Shown one piece after another: positions 49,552 to 60,700 of a stretch of DNA of 64,000 bases. The DNA comes from an uncultured Candidatus Saccharibacteria bacterium (GTDB taxonomy: Bacteria > Patescibacteriota > Minisyncoccia > Phycocordibacterales > UBA9973): NCBI GenBank assembly GCA_964482735.1, contig CAYZYV010000001.1, positions 16,172 to 80,171 on the forward strand, given 5' to 3'. The number at the start of each line of letters is the position of its first letter. The first letter of the stretch is position 1. Below the pieces are notes generated by a model. The model worked only from the letters and a program-made list of their open reading frames with translations, was not told where the DNA came from and did no database searches. A program made the translations under genes and the position numbers.

Positions 49552-49722
49552 CTATAAAATTACTTGATTTCCGTCTTGATCTAAAACTGATCCTTTTGGT
49601 GGTTTATACCTATCTGGATTTTGTTTTCTATCCTGATCAAGTAGCCATTGAAAAACTGCCACCACTCTATCAGTCTCTTCCTTGGTCCAATTTTTAGGAT
49701 CTCGTTTATCTTCATTATTCAT
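49552..49722 (-). CDS. Small hypothetical protein
   Basis: 56 aa ORF co-oriented with and downstream of the Thoeris genes. Confidence 0.5.
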   Translation of the reverse strand: MNNEDKRDPKNWTKEETDRVVAVFQWLLDQDRKQNPDRYKPPKGSVLDQDGNQVIL

Positions 49723-49779
49723 AAAAAGTGACAAAAGTGACACAGGTTTGAGTATAAAAGTTACAAACTACTGTAACTT

Positions 49780-50322
49780 TCATAAACCCCAACTGGTGTA
49801 TGCCTCTGCCGAGTAATAATTTAAGGTTGTCTTTGGGTGGTTATTCATATCAAACTGAGAAATAGCATCTGCTATAGGCTCTTTTTTAAACGGAACATGA
49901 ATAATACCTACTGTTTCATTTTTAATTGCCTTAGCCAATTCGGCTGGCCATAAATGAGAAAGTTCAGATGGAGCCATTATCTTGTTGTATCCCGTATACA
50001 CAACTATGATTGGAATATTGCAGGTTTCAACAGCATATTTAATTTCAAAAGGAACCCAATCTGTATCATTTTTTGTTGTTGATCCTATTATCAATAGTAA
50101 ATTTTTAGAATTATTCATTCTTGATATTAACGACCTACGCAAAGTATCTTTTTTACTTGAATCCTTTACAGCTCCAGTTTTTTCATGACTGTTTACAAAA
50201 TTAAAGTCATCATCTCTCACTTTCCAACCCTTTAACAAACTATAATATTTCATATCAGAAGCTGTCGGATTTGTTTCTCCGTCAGCATGAAAAGCTATGT
50301 ATGTTCCGCTTCTATATGCCAT
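49780..50322 (-). CDS. thsB: Thoeris ThsB-like TIR protein (copy 2)
   Basis: TYIAF, L..W, RMNNSK.LLLIIG..T, WVPFEI.YA (catalytic Glu), IPII. Confidence 0.88.
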   Translation of the reverse strand: MAYRSGTYIAFHADGETNPTASDMKYYSLLKGWKVRDDDFNFVNSHEKTGAVKDSSKKDTLRRSLISRMNNSKNLLLIIGSTTKNDTDWVPFEIKYAVETCNIPIIVVYTGYNKIMAPSELSHLWPAELAKAIKNETVGIIHVPFKKEPIADAISQFDMNNHPKTTLNYYSAEAYTSWGL

Positions 50323-50325
50323 ATA

Positions 50326-51171
50326 TTAGTTGTGAAGAGATTTTAGAAAATCTTGAATTTCTAATAAATTAACTTTCTCCTTATCTTCCTCTCGTATAAT
50401 AAGAACTAATTCTTTCGATATTGGTTCTACTCTTGAATTAATAATAAACGAGAGAAGGATAAGATTTATAGGTAATTTAAATGAAATACCAGGAACTCTA
50501 GCTAAATTAGTACCAATGACTGGCATTACAATAGTTTTCTGTTCTCCCTCCACTCTAATTTTATTCCAAAGATTTTGGAGTGAAGACCATAAATTATTAA
50601 TGTCAGATGTTGCCTTGAGATCGGATCCCATACGACTATAGGCACAACAAAAGAATTTTCTATTTAACCCAGACAGTGCTACAACGGTACCAATTTTATA
50701 TCTCTTATTTTTACCACGAGTCTTCGTACTATCTTCTTCTGACTCTTCATTTTTTAATAGTGCATCAAGATCATTATCAAGTTTATTTTGATTATTCTCA
50801 TACATAGAAACCAAAAATTGACCTTGCATACTATCCTTACTTACAACATCACCTATCTCTGTATCAAATGTGTCGCTGAAACCAATAACAAGGTGTCCAG
50901 ACTGGTCGAATATGTTTCCAATCTTAATCCCAATTTTTACATCTGGATTTGAAAAGTTTTCAGAGAAACTTCTTTTAGGCCAGGATCTTACAAAAGCAAA
51001 TACTAGACAAACAAAAACAGATATAAACCACCCCTTCCATTTATAGTTGGAAATAAAATCTGGGTAACTTGAGGTGATTATTTGAATAAATGAACTTATT
51101 ACACCTAGAGAGACGAAAAAATTCACACTCAATTTAACCACCATTCTTTTTGAGAAAATACTATTCATCAT
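50326..51171 (-). CDS. thsA: Thoeris type II ThsA-like effector (TM + Macro domain)
   Basis: Two N-terminal TM helices; IKIGNIF..VIGF.DTFDT..S.QGQF..Y.IGTV..MPVIGT; sits between two TIR genes. Confidence 0.82.
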   Translation of the reverse strand: MMNSIFSKRMVVKLSVNFFVSLGVISSFIQIITSSYPDFISNYKWKGWFISVFVCLVFAFVRSWPKRSFSENFSNPDVKIGIKIGNIFDQSGHLVIGFSDTFDTEIGDVVSKDSMQGQFLVSMYENNQNKLDNDLDALLKNEESEEDSTKTRGKNKRYKIGTVVALSGLNRKFFCCAYSRMGSDLKATSDINNLWSSLQNLWNKIRVEGEQKTIVMPVIGTNLARVPGISFKLPINLILLSFIINSRVEPISKELVLIIREEDKEKVNLLEIQDFLKSLHN

Positions 51172-51680
51172 ATGCCGAGTTGGTTATAGGTTGCGTCTGT
51201 ATAGATATACCTATGGTCTTGATAATCAGGATGATTTTTCCATTTATGATAATTATCTGGGAAATGATCTAAAGCATATTGAATCGCCTTTAATTTAAAA
51301 GGTACTGAAATAGTGTACTTCCAGTCTTTAATAGCGGACGGACAAAGATTATCATCATAACCTTTTTTATTATTCAAATTAACAATTATGATTGGTATAT
51401 CTTTCTTTCTAGCAAGTTCTATTTCCCATGGTAAAAATTTTCTTAAGTACTTAGTATTATCTCCAACCAACAAAAGCATTTGCTTTGAGTTTGCCATTCG
51501 TACTCTAAGTTGAGCTTTTATCGACTCTTCGGTACTTGTATCTCTAGCACTATTTAGGTCGTGGGCATTTAAAAAATCAAATTCAATATGATCATGTTCT
51601 TTCCATGCAGTCATTAAACGATAATATTTCATATCATTGTCTCCATCAAAAGCAACATATGTTTTATTTTTGTAAGACAT
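51168..51680 (-). CDS. thsB: Thoeris ThsB-like TIR protein (copy 1)
   Basis: YVAFDGDND..YY.LM.AW, AHDLN.ARD, RMANSK, WEIELA, IPIIIVNL. Confidence 0.9.
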   Translation of the reverse strand: MSYKNKTYVAFDGDNDMKYYRLMTAWKEHDHIEFDFLNAHDLNSARDTSTEESIKAQLRVRMANSKQMLLLVGDNTKYLRKFLPWEIELARKKDIPIIIVNLNNKKGYDDNLCPSAIKDWKYTISVPFKLKAIQYALDHFPDNYHKWKNHPDYQDHRYIYTDATYNQLGI

Positions 51681-51685
51681 AATTT

Positions 51686-52303
51686 TTAATACAAATCACC
51701 AGGAAGTACGGCAACGACTACTCCTTGAATGATACAGTTATCTGTTAATATAATCGGCCTATGGTTTTTGTTTGTTGACTTCGGTTGAAGTACAACAGCA
51801 CCATTCGCTTTCTTGAACACTTTGACGGTTGCTTCGTCATTTATAAGAGCAACAACTTTATCATTATCTTCTGCTGTGTCTTGCTGTCGAATCAAAAGCA
51901 GATCACCGCTATTAATTCCTGCAAGATTCATAGAGTCTCCAATTGCACGCAAAAGAAAATATTTCGAACCCTTTTTAGCTAGACCTGTTGATACAGGAAT
52001 CAAAGCTTGAATATTTTCTTCAGCAAGAACAGGGGTACCACATGTCACAGCACCTACCAAGGGAACATCAACAGTGCTTATTGAAGCTGTTGTTTGTGAT
52101 CCGGTAAGGATAAGCTGTCGACCGATTTTCTTTATAAGTCCTGCATCGATTAGTCGATTAATTACAAGGCTTGCAGATCGTGGAGAAGCTCCACCTGTAA
52201 CCTCATTAATCTCGCTAAGCGTAGGGCTTTTGCCATAATGAACAATCTTATTACGGATAAGGGCAAATGCTTTTTTGTCTTTGTCGCTAAGGTTATTTTT
52301 CAT
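51686..52303 (-). CDS. lexA: LexA-family repressor
   Basis: SPTLSEI wHTH, VPLVG.V.CG.P cleavage site, GDSM Ser, ATVK Lys. Confidence 0.92.
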   Translation of the reverse strand: MKNNLSDKDKKAFALIRNKIVHYGKSPTLSEINEVTGGASPRSASLVINRLIDAGLIKKIGRQLILTGSQTTASISTVDVPLVGAVTCGTPVLAEENIQALIPVSTGLAKKGSKYFLLRAIGDSMNLAGINSGDLLLIRQQDTAEDNDKVVALINDEATVKVFKKANGAVVLQPKSTNKNHRPIILTDNCIIQGVVVAVLPGDLY

Positions 52304-52361
52304 GGTATAAATAGTATAAATTACTCTATACAAAAAAGCAAGTATTTGCTATGATGTCCTT

Positions 52362-52985
52362 ATGGAAAATGACCAGAAAAAACCAATGACCGTCGGTGAA
52401 CTGGTGGCAAAGATACACCCTCCTGCTTTGAGTGAGAGGCAGATTTCTCAGTTCCAAGAAATTGGAAGAAAACACGCAGAAGCAATTGAAAATGTGAGGA
52501 AAATTGCTCAACCAATCATTGAGCAAATGAATCGCGTTCGAGAACAAGTAAAACTTTTTGAACCAGTAGAGTACCCTGAGATTGTATATCGTCGTCCTGT
52601 TGAATATGATATCCTGGAAGAACTTCAAGAGTTAAATAAAAACCACAAGCGACTTTTATCTTCAAGCCAAGACAGCAATGTAATTATTTATGACACAAGA
52701 AATGGATCACTCGATAAACATTTGGGAGGTAAACTTTTCTCATACGATCTCACTGAGAACGGTAAAAGAAAACAGTTGCTTGAGATACTTCTCGATCGTG
52801 GCACATATGTAAAAACAAAAGAACTTGAATCTATGCTTTCATCGTCAGCCGTAGCAAAAATAGTTCAGACTTTTAATGATTATGCGATCAATACCTTGAG
52901 ACTTCCAAAGAAAACAAAACTCATTCAAGGAAAGAAAGGATCTGGGTATCGTATCAATCCTAAAATACACATAGAAAAAGAATAA
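52362..52985 (+). CDS. Hypothetical protein with C-terminal winged-helix domain
   Basis: Divergent from lexA; ends LIQGKKGSGYRIN like an OmpR-type wing. Confidence 0.65.
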   Translation: MENDQKKPMTVGELVAKIHPPALSERQISQFQEIGRKHAEAIENVRKIAQPIIEQMNRVREQVKLFEPVEYPEIVYRRPVEYDILEELQELNKNHKRLLSSSQDSNVIIYDTRNGSLDKHLGGKLFSYDLTENGKRKQLLEILLDRGTYVKTKELESMLSSSAVAKIVQTFNDYAINTLRLPKKTKLIQGKKGSGYRINPKIHIEKE

Positions 52986-53159
52986 ATTCCTAAGTTGACA
53001 CCAAGTTGAGTGGATAACTTTGAAAAATCGCCTTTAAATAGGCGTTTTTTCTTTATGCTACTCAATTTTATGCCAATTACATGCCTATGTACCTTTTTGA
53101 TTTCATAGAGTTAGTAGATTAGTCATCTACAAATTTATAAGTAATCAAATAACAACTCT

Positions 53160-54437
53160 ATGAATAAAAAACCTTCATGGAAAACAGGAGTTCGAGAGGT
53201 CAAAGACCTACTCCCTTGGAAAGAAAATCCAAGAAAAATCTCAAAGATCGCTATGGAAAAATTAAAAGAGAAAATCATTCAAAATGGTTTTCATAGTGTA
53301 ATTGTCATTGATACGGATAACACCATTATCTCAGGCAACCAAAGAAAAACTGCTTTGATACAGCTTGGTATCAAACAAGTAAATGTATTAATCCCTGATC
53401 GTAAACTATCAGACGACGAGCGTCGCAAGATTGCAATTGAAAGCAATATTAATGATGGTGAATGGGATTTTAAAAAGCTTAAATCTTTTGACCTAGAGCT
53501 TTTGCAGTTTGCTGGATTCAACGAAAAAGAACTGGTTAAGTTCTGGGACGAGGAAAAAGATACAAAAGACGACAAATTCGATGTCGATAAAGAGTTAAAG
53601 AAAATAGAAACACCACAAACAAAGCCGGGTGATCTTATCATCATGGGTGGTCATAAGTTGCTATGTGCCAGTTCTACCGATATGAATGCTGTCACCAAGC
53701 TATTCGGAAATGATAAAGCCACGGCTATCTATAATGATCCACCTTTTAATATCGGGCTTTCATACGACAAAGGTGTTGGTAATAAATCCAACTACGGAGG
53801 AACTTTTGACGATAACCAATCACCTGAAGAATATAAAGAATTTATTCGCAAGGTTCTAAAATCTTCACTAACCGTATCTACCAAAGATGTACACGTCGCT
53901 TTCTGGTGTGATGAAGCCTGGGTGTGGGTTTTTCAAACGCTCTATATGGAAAATGGAGTTAAGAACCGAAGACTTAATGTCTGGGTTAAAAACAATTCAT
54001 CACCGACACCAACTGTTGCGTTCAATAAGTGCCTTGAGTATTGCGTGTATGGCACGAAAGGATCTCCATATATTTCAGATCTCGTAAGAAATCTAAATGA
54101 AGTTCAAAACAAAGATTACGGAACTGGTAATCAACTTCTAGAAGATGTTTCAAACATTTGGGCGACAAAACGACTACCTTCAAATCAAATGGAACACGCA
54201 ACGAGTAAAAATCCTGAACTTCATCACAAGTTTATAATGCGTTGCACTAAACCAGGAGACATCATTTTTGATGCCTTCTCGGGTTCGGCAAGCACTATGA
54301 TCTGTGCAGAACAATTGGGTCGAAAAGTTTATTCCCTAGAGATAGAGCCTGTGTTTTGTGATTTAGCGATTCGTCGTTACGAAAAATTAACTGGTCACAA
54401 AGCACAAGTAATCAAGAACTTCTATGAAAAAGAATAA
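53160..54437 (+). CDS. ParB-N fused DNA methyltransferase (beta class N4/N6)
   Basis: ENPRKI..SGNQR ParB-like domain; DPPFN motif IV, H.T.K, FDAFSGSAST motif I. Confidence 0.9.
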   Translation: MNKKPSWKTGVREVKDLLPWKENPRKISKIAMEKLKEKIIQNGFHSVIVIDTDNTIISGNQRKTALIQLGIKQVNVLIPDRKLSDDERRKIAIESNINDGEWDFKKLKSFDLELLQFAGFNEKELVKFWDEEKDTKDDKFDVDKELKKIETPQTKPGDLIIMGGHKLLCASSTDMNAVTKLFGNDKATAIYNDPPFNIGLSYDKGVGNKSNYGGTFDDNQSPEEYKEFIRKVLKSSLTVSTKDVHVAFWCDEAWVWVFQTLYMENGVKNRRLNVWVKNNSSPTPTVAFNKCLEYCVYGTKGSPYISDLVRNLNEVQNKDYGTGNQLLEDVSNIWATKRLPSNQMEHATSKNPELHHKFIMRCTKPGDIIFDAFSGSASTMICAEQLGRKVYSLEIEPVFCDLAIRRYEKLTGHKAQVIKNFYEKE

Positions 54438-54831
54438 ATTTCAAGATCAGTTTCTTGATGAATTACGGAAAGTGCCAATTGTTCAAGTAGCTTGTGAAAA
54501 AACAGGATTATCTCGCAACAGTGTTTATCGGTGGCGAAAGGAAGATAAAGATTTTCTCAAGAAAATGGAAGATGCAATTTCTGAGGGTGTTGCTCTGGTA
54601 AATGACATGAGTGAAAGTCAATTACTTACGCTTATTAAAGAGAAAAACTATCCTGCAATTAGTTTTTGGCTTCGTCATCGAAATGATAATTACAAAAACA
54701 AACTTGAGATTACTACTAAAGATGATAACGAGGAACTAACACCGTCACAAGCGAAAATTGTAAAGCAGGCACTTAAACTCGCAAAAATTACCAAGTCGAA
54801 ATCTATTAAAAATATTAATCGCAAAAAATAA
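54424..54831 (+). CDS. HTH protein, putative terminase small subunit
   Basis: FL..L...IV..ACEKTGLSRNSVYRWRKED..F, AI.FWL; immediately before TerL. Confidence 0.75.
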   Translation: MKKNKFQDQFLDELRKVPIVQVACEKTGLSRNSVYRWRKEDKDFLKKMEDAISEGVALVNDMSESQLLTLIKEKNYPAISFWLRHRNDNYKNKLEITTKDDNEELTPSQAKIVKQALKLAKITKSKSIKNINRKK

Positions 54832-54833
54832 TT

Positions 54834-56330
54834 ATGACCAAAATAATTCCAAAAGCACTGGTTAATACGATGATAAAAGATCGTTCAGTGCGAACATCAA
54901 TTACAAAAGATAGCTTCCTGTATTTTTTCCATTTCTATTATGCACACTATGTGAAGTACGAAACGGCAGACTTTCAAAAAGAGATTATCCATAATCTCGA
55001 AAAGAGCACCACTGAAAACTTATATGTGGTGGCGTTTCGTGGATCAGGAAAATCTACCATGGTGACAACTGCATATCCGATTTGGGCAATCCTCGGAAAA
55101 CAGCAAAAGAAGTTTTGTATTATCTTTTGCCAAACACGAGCACAAGCAAAACAACACATGATGAATATTCGTACCGAACTTGAAGGTAATGATGTTCTTA
55201 AAAAAGACCTCGGACCTTTTCAAGAAGAAAGTGACGAATGGGGTTCTTTCTCTCTTGTATTCAAAAAGCACGGAGCAAGAATTACTGTAGCTTCTGCCGA
55301 GCAAAGTATTCGTGGTATTCGCCATAACGAACACCGCCCAGACTTAATAATCTGTGACGACGTTGAGGATGTGCAATCGACCAAAACTCGTGAGGGTCGA
55401 GAGAAGACCTATAACTGGCTCCGTGGTGAAGTTATACCTGCTGGAGATAGGAATACTCGACTAATAATTGTTGGAAACTTACTCCACGAAGATTCGTTGT
55501 TAATGCGTATCAAAGACGAAATTGCAAAAGGTAAAGCAAAAGGAATATTTAAAGAATATCCATTGATTGATAAGAACAGCGTTTGTTTGTGGTCTGGGAA
55601 GTACGCAACAGAAAAAGATCTTGAGGATGAGAAGTTAAAAGTCGCTAGTGAAATATCTTGGCAGCGAGAATACTTGCTCCGTATTATTCCGAGCGATGAT
55701 CAGGTTATCTACCCAGAATGGATTCAATTTTATGACGAACTGCCAGGAGAAAAACACCGAGGCTATCGTGGTACTTATGCAGGTGTAGATCTTGCGATTT
55801 CAGCTTCAGAAACAGCCGATGATACTGCTGTGGTATTTGCTCATATTTATTCACGACGTGAGAAATTGCGAATCTATATTCTACCTAACCCTATTGCAAA
55901 GAAACTTAACTTTCCTGCACAGGTGGATCTTATGAAAGATATTCGTAACACCTTACTTACAAGAAGTTCTGATGAATTGTTTGTTGAAAGTGTTGCATAT
56001 CAAGAAGCCCTACCACAAATGCTTGAACATCATGGAGTTAAAGCAACTGCAATCAAACCCAAAGGAGATAAACGAACACGACTTGCTCTTACTTCTACTG
56101 CAATAAAATCAGCAAAGATTTTATTCCCAAGACAAGGGTGTGAAAGACTTATCGAGCAACTTGTTGGATTTGGAGTAGAAAAGCATGACGACTTAGCAGA
56201 TGCATTTTCTCTCTTGATTAACTCAACCATGGACAAGCATTCAGGAGAATCAACATGGCTCATGTACTGGATGGGAGACGATGAACCTTTGTACTTTAGG
56301 GATTATGTAGATATGGATCAAAAAAAGTAG
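54834..56330 (+). CDS. Terminase large subunit
   Basis: AFRGSGKST Walker A, IRG, LIICDDVE Walker B, GVDLA/DDTA/HDDLADA RNase H-like nuclease. Confidence 0.9.
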   Translation: MTKIIPKALVNTMIKDRSVRTSITKDSFLYFFHFYYAHYVKYETADFQKEIIHNLEKSTTENLYVVAFRGSGKSTMVTTAYPIWAILGKQQKKFCIIFCQTRAQAKQHMMNIRTELEGNDVLKKDLGPFQEESDEWGSFSLVFKKHGARITVASAEQSIRGIRHNEHRPDLIICDDVEDVQSTKTREGREKTYNWLRGEVIPAGDRNTRLIIVGNLLHEDSLLMRIKDEIAKGKAKGIFKEYPLIDKNSVCLWSGKYATEKDLEDEKLKVASEISWQREYLLRIIPSDDQVIYPEWIQFYDELPGEKHRGYRGTYAGVDLAISASETADDTAVVFAHIYSRREKLRIYILPNPIAKKLNFPAQVDLMKDIRNTLLTRSSDELFVESVAYQEALPQMLEHHGVKATAIKPKGDKRTRLALTSTAIKSAKILFPRQGCERLIEQLVGFGVEKHDDLADAFSLLINSTMDKHSGESTWLMYWMGDDEPLYFRDYVDMDQKK

Positions 56331-56402
56331 TCGCGAGTATGCAATATTTCGCTAGTTTTGCATAGACTTAGCAAAACGCTCAAATTGCGTCATCAATATA
56401 AT

Positions 56403-57722
56403 ATGGAGACGCAATATATAAGCAATTTAGGAGTAAGGACAGAGGTACCCAAAACCAAGATTCGGTATGTCCTGTACGCTCGAAAATCAACCGAATCAGA
56501 CGAAAAACAAGCCCTGTCTATCGAATCACAGGTTAAGGAAATGCTTGCTATAGCCGACCGTGATAGTTTAACAGTTGTTGATATTAGACGTGAATCTCAC
56601 TCGGCTAAAGAATCTGGGCAACGACCAGTGTTTAGAGAGGTATTAGAGGATGTAAGACGTGGCAGGTATAACGGTATACTCACCTGGGCACCTGATCGTC
56701 TATCTAGAAACGCAGGCGACCTCGGATCGGTTGTTGATCTAATGGACGAAACAAAACTTTTAGAAATTCGTACATACGGTCAACATTTCAAAAATTCACC
56801 AAACGAGAAATTCCTTTTGATGATTTTGTGTTCCCAGGCTAAACTCGAAAACGACAATAAAAGTATCAACGTAAAGCGAGGCTTACGAACGAGATGCGAA
56901 ATGGGACTTCGCCCTGGTCCTGCTGTTGTTGGATATCTCAACGAAAAACGAATGGATAAAAAATGTGAGGTTGTGATAGACCCAGAACGAGCACCGATAG
57001 TTAAACAAATGTTTGAAAAAGTGGCATACGAAAAATGGTCAGGCAGAAAACTATATCATTGGCTTAAGTTTGATCTTAATTTCAAAACTCGTAGTGGTAA
57101 CAAAGGTCTTACTCTTAGTAATATTTATCTCATACTTCAAAATCCATTTTATTATGGGGTTTTTGAATATCCACGAAAAAGCGGAAACTTTTATACAGGT
57201 AGACATGAACCAATAATCAATAAAGAACTTTTTGAATTGGTTCAAGAGCAAGTTAAAAGCCAAGCATTACGGACCCAAGAACCAAAAGAATTTGCTTTTA
57301 CAAAAATGATGACTTGTGGGCTTTGTGGATCAGGAATCTGTGCTGACGAAAAGTTTAAAAAGTTAAAAGACGGATCAGTGAATAGACATATCTATTATGG
57401 ATGTACTAGATCTAAAGATAAAAATTGTAAGTGTGGGTATATAAACGAGATTGAATTAATACAGCAATTTGAAAAGTTAATTGAACAAGTAAATATCAAT
57501 GAGATAGGAATGAAAGAGAAGATTAAATATGAAGTTGAGCGAATCAAACGCTTTAATCAATCTGTATTAAATACAAAACAGCAGATACAAATAAAAGACG
57601 TAGACATTAGAGACTACGCCAAATTTATTTTGAAAGAAGGTTTGATTGAGGAGAAACGAGAATTATTAACTTGTTTTAAGAGCAAGATTTTATTAAAGAA
57701 TAAAGAAATTTGTCTTAATTAA
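56403..57722 (+). CDS. Large serine recombinase
   Basis: YARKSTE, DRLSRN, recombinase domain G.HEPII, zinc ribbon CGLCG..YYGC..C. Confidence 0.93.
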   Translation: METQYISNLGVRTEVPKTKIRYVLYARKSTESDEKQALSIESQVKEMLAIADRDSLTVVDIRRESHSAKESGQRPVFREVLEDVRRGRYNGILTWAPDRLSRNAGDLGSVVDLMDETKLLEIRTYGQHFKNSPNEKFLLMILCSQAKLENDNKSINVKRGLRTRCEMGLRPGPAVVGYLNEKRMDKKCEVVIDPERAPIVKQMFEKVAYEKWSGRKLYHWLKFDLNFKTRSGNKGLTLSNIYLILQNPFYYGVFEYPRKSGNFYTGRHEPIINKELFELVQEQVKSQALRTQEPKEFAFTKMMTCGLCGSGICADEKFKKLKDGSVNRHIYYGCTRSKDKNCKCGYINEIELIQQFEKLIEQVNINEIGMKEKIKYEVERIKRFNQSVLNTKQQIQIKDVDIRDYAKFILKEGLIEEKRELLTCFKSKILLKNKEICLN

Positions 57723-60700
57723 GAATTGCGCACAATTTCTTTTTCTTCTTTATTTAAACCATACACTTCCATAACATAATCGTCTATCTGTTTTTCTAGG
57801 TTATCAGTATCTACAATTCCATCATTCTTTAATCTTATTACTTGTTCAACTAAATCAGATATCTTATTTACTAATTCTTCAGATTCAGAGGTAATTTTAG
57901 GAATAGGTAAAATCTTAAGTGTTGTAATTAGTATTTGTGGATGCAAATCTACACCCTTCAATCTTTTTGAATTATAATAATAATTTAAAACGGACGAATT
58001 CATACACGCAAGAATAAAAGACAACCTATATTTGTTTTTGAATTGATCCTTTAAATAGGTACTATGGATCGAGTTTGAAACAAAATATTGCGATCTATCA
58101 ATACTCCCTTTTAGTTGAGCACTATTTTGTGATGTTATAATTTTTTCAGGTTGTAAAAATATTTCTCTATCTCTAAGTTGCACCTTTCTTAATTCTTCGA
58201 CATCACTTATATATTTTCTTGCTTCATTTATATCGTAACAAAGGTACATCTCTTCTGCTGAAAAATGATATCTATCTAGCTTATAAGTACCAGAAACACC
58301 AGCAAACTTAACATACCGATCATCTATTTTTAGATTGCTAAGCATTTTTTCTCTAATATAAGGAACTATTCCATCTCGTACCTCACAAATATCAGCAAGT
58401 ATCTGTTGATCTTTTTCAATTTTTCTCAAAAGTGAATGATCAAATTTTGATATGTTAATGTTTATTTCCTCATTTTCTTCAAAAACGCTTTGCTGTACTT
58501 GAATAAAATCTAAGTTGCTGGATTTATAAAAATCTGGCTTATTACAAATTTTTATTGAATTACCAACTAAATGTTTTGAAAAAAGCACAATCATAAATTC
58601 GTCTTTTGCTGATTCAAAACCCGCATCCTTTCCTAAATATATTATTTCATTTATTGATAATCTTTTTAAAACATATTCCTGAAAGGCTCCATGATTTCTT
58701 TTTCGAGAAAAAAGTCGATAAGGAATTATATAGCAAATATTAAAATCTTCTTTTGCAACACGATGAGCCAACTCAACAAATATCGCCGCTGTATCCTGTC
58801 TACCAGATTTTACACTTTCATACGTATCCTTAAAGAATTTTCTCTCTTCATCATTTAGGTCCGCATTGTACGGAGGATTGCCGATTATAACATCAAATTT
58901 ATCTTGTAACCCAAACATCCACTCAGCATCAAACCAGTTATTTGAATGATTTCCGAACGGATTCCATGTTGTAAGTTTCAGGGTTAGTTCTCCTGTATTT
59001 TTTCCAAACGCTGATACTGTTTTCTCTAATATATCTTTTTGAGCATTAGTAAATCTAATTTTCAGTTCATTTTTTCTCTGACTATTACAAGAGAAGTACT
59101 CTGACATTATCTTTGATAGTTCTGTAATTCCTGAATGATCATCGAAAAGATTTGTTGCAGTTGATTTAGGTAGAGAAACAAGTGTATTTGCACATACGAA
59201 TTTAAAGTCCAGGTTTGGAAGTGGTTCTATCCCTCGATTTGGTTTATTGTCATCTATTTCAGATTCAACAACCAAGGTCAAAAAGCATCGCAGACGAGAT
59301 ACATCTACAGCGATTGGCTGAATATCTACTCCAAAGATTGAGTTCTTTATAACATCAAGTTTTCTGGTGTAATCAAATGGATTTTGCTTTACCTCATTGA
59401 TTATTTTTTGTTTATATAAATCTGGAACTCCTTTTAGTTTCCTTTCTAGCCAAAGAGTACAGTCAGGGTCAACTTGTTGTAGTATGTAAACTATCTTTTG
59501 AAGTGCACCGATAGGATAAGCTCCTGATCCACAAGCAGGGTCTAGAATTTTTAATGATTCAATAGCATCGATTATTTGCTCTTTTTCTTTTTGAACTAAC
59601 GGATATTCTGTATCGTCAGTAAGATCATAACTAACCAAAGCTGTTAACTTTTTCTCTTCGATGCCTGTCTTGGTCTTAAAATATTCAATCAAAGATTGAT
59701 CTACCATGTACTCAACAATCTGTCTTGGCGTATAGAAGCTACCTGTATCTTTCTGTTCATTTTTGCCAGTTTCAGAATCAATTTTCTTTGCGAGAAGGTT
59801 TTCAAAAATCTTTCCAAGCATTTCAGGATCAACTGAAAGCTCTTGATCAAAAACGGTGTTTTCATCAATAGTGAAATTGTATGTCTCTAGAAGTTCAAAA
59901 AACTCTTTAAACCACTTATCACTTATTTTAAGAGTATTGATGTATTTTGAAGCAAAGGTACCACGATCAAGTTCATAATAATCATCAGATTGTGGATTAA
60001 ACAAACCTCCGTTTAGATACGGCACCTTGTCAAAAAGCTCATTTCGAATATCACGAGCGTCGATACTTGTATTCAAAACGCCAAAGAAAAGAGGTTCAAG
60101 AGTATTGTGATAGTAATTATCAGATACAACTTTTGAAGATAAGATCTCGTCAGGAACAAGTTGTCCATTATCTGATTTTTTCTGCTTCAAAAACCAACAA
60201 AACATCGCACGACCAATAAGTCGAACAGCAAAGCTTTTTCGCGTATTTATATCTGTTTCTGATACTCCAGGAAGAATTAGGTTTTGATCTTCTATTGAAA
60301 CCAATTCATCAAAGAATTTTGCAACTTCTAGGTAGAATTGCTTATTTACAACTTCAACAGAAAACCGATTAAGCAGATCATCTACATCCTTAATTTTCCC
60401 TTTTTTAATAAGTTGTTGTTCTGGAGTTTTAACCTTTGCATTAGTTCCTAGATAAAAAGAATAGCGTCGTGCGTTTGAGTACTTTTTAACAACTTTATTC
60501 TTATCATTAAGATCGAGAGATATTGTAAGGTATGAAAAACGATAATTATCAGAATCTTTGTTTTTAAAGATGACTAATGCTCTATGGATCCAGTGATCAG
60601 CGAGAATTTTGAATGCATCAGTGGCGATAGCTACTCGGGGATCCTTATCGTGATTGTGATCCATTTCCAAAACATGCAAATCTAATGATTCACAAAAACC

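Noticed and set aside
53009-53017. DnaA-box-like agtggataa as an element origin
   Set aside because: Single mismatched box with no supporting iterons
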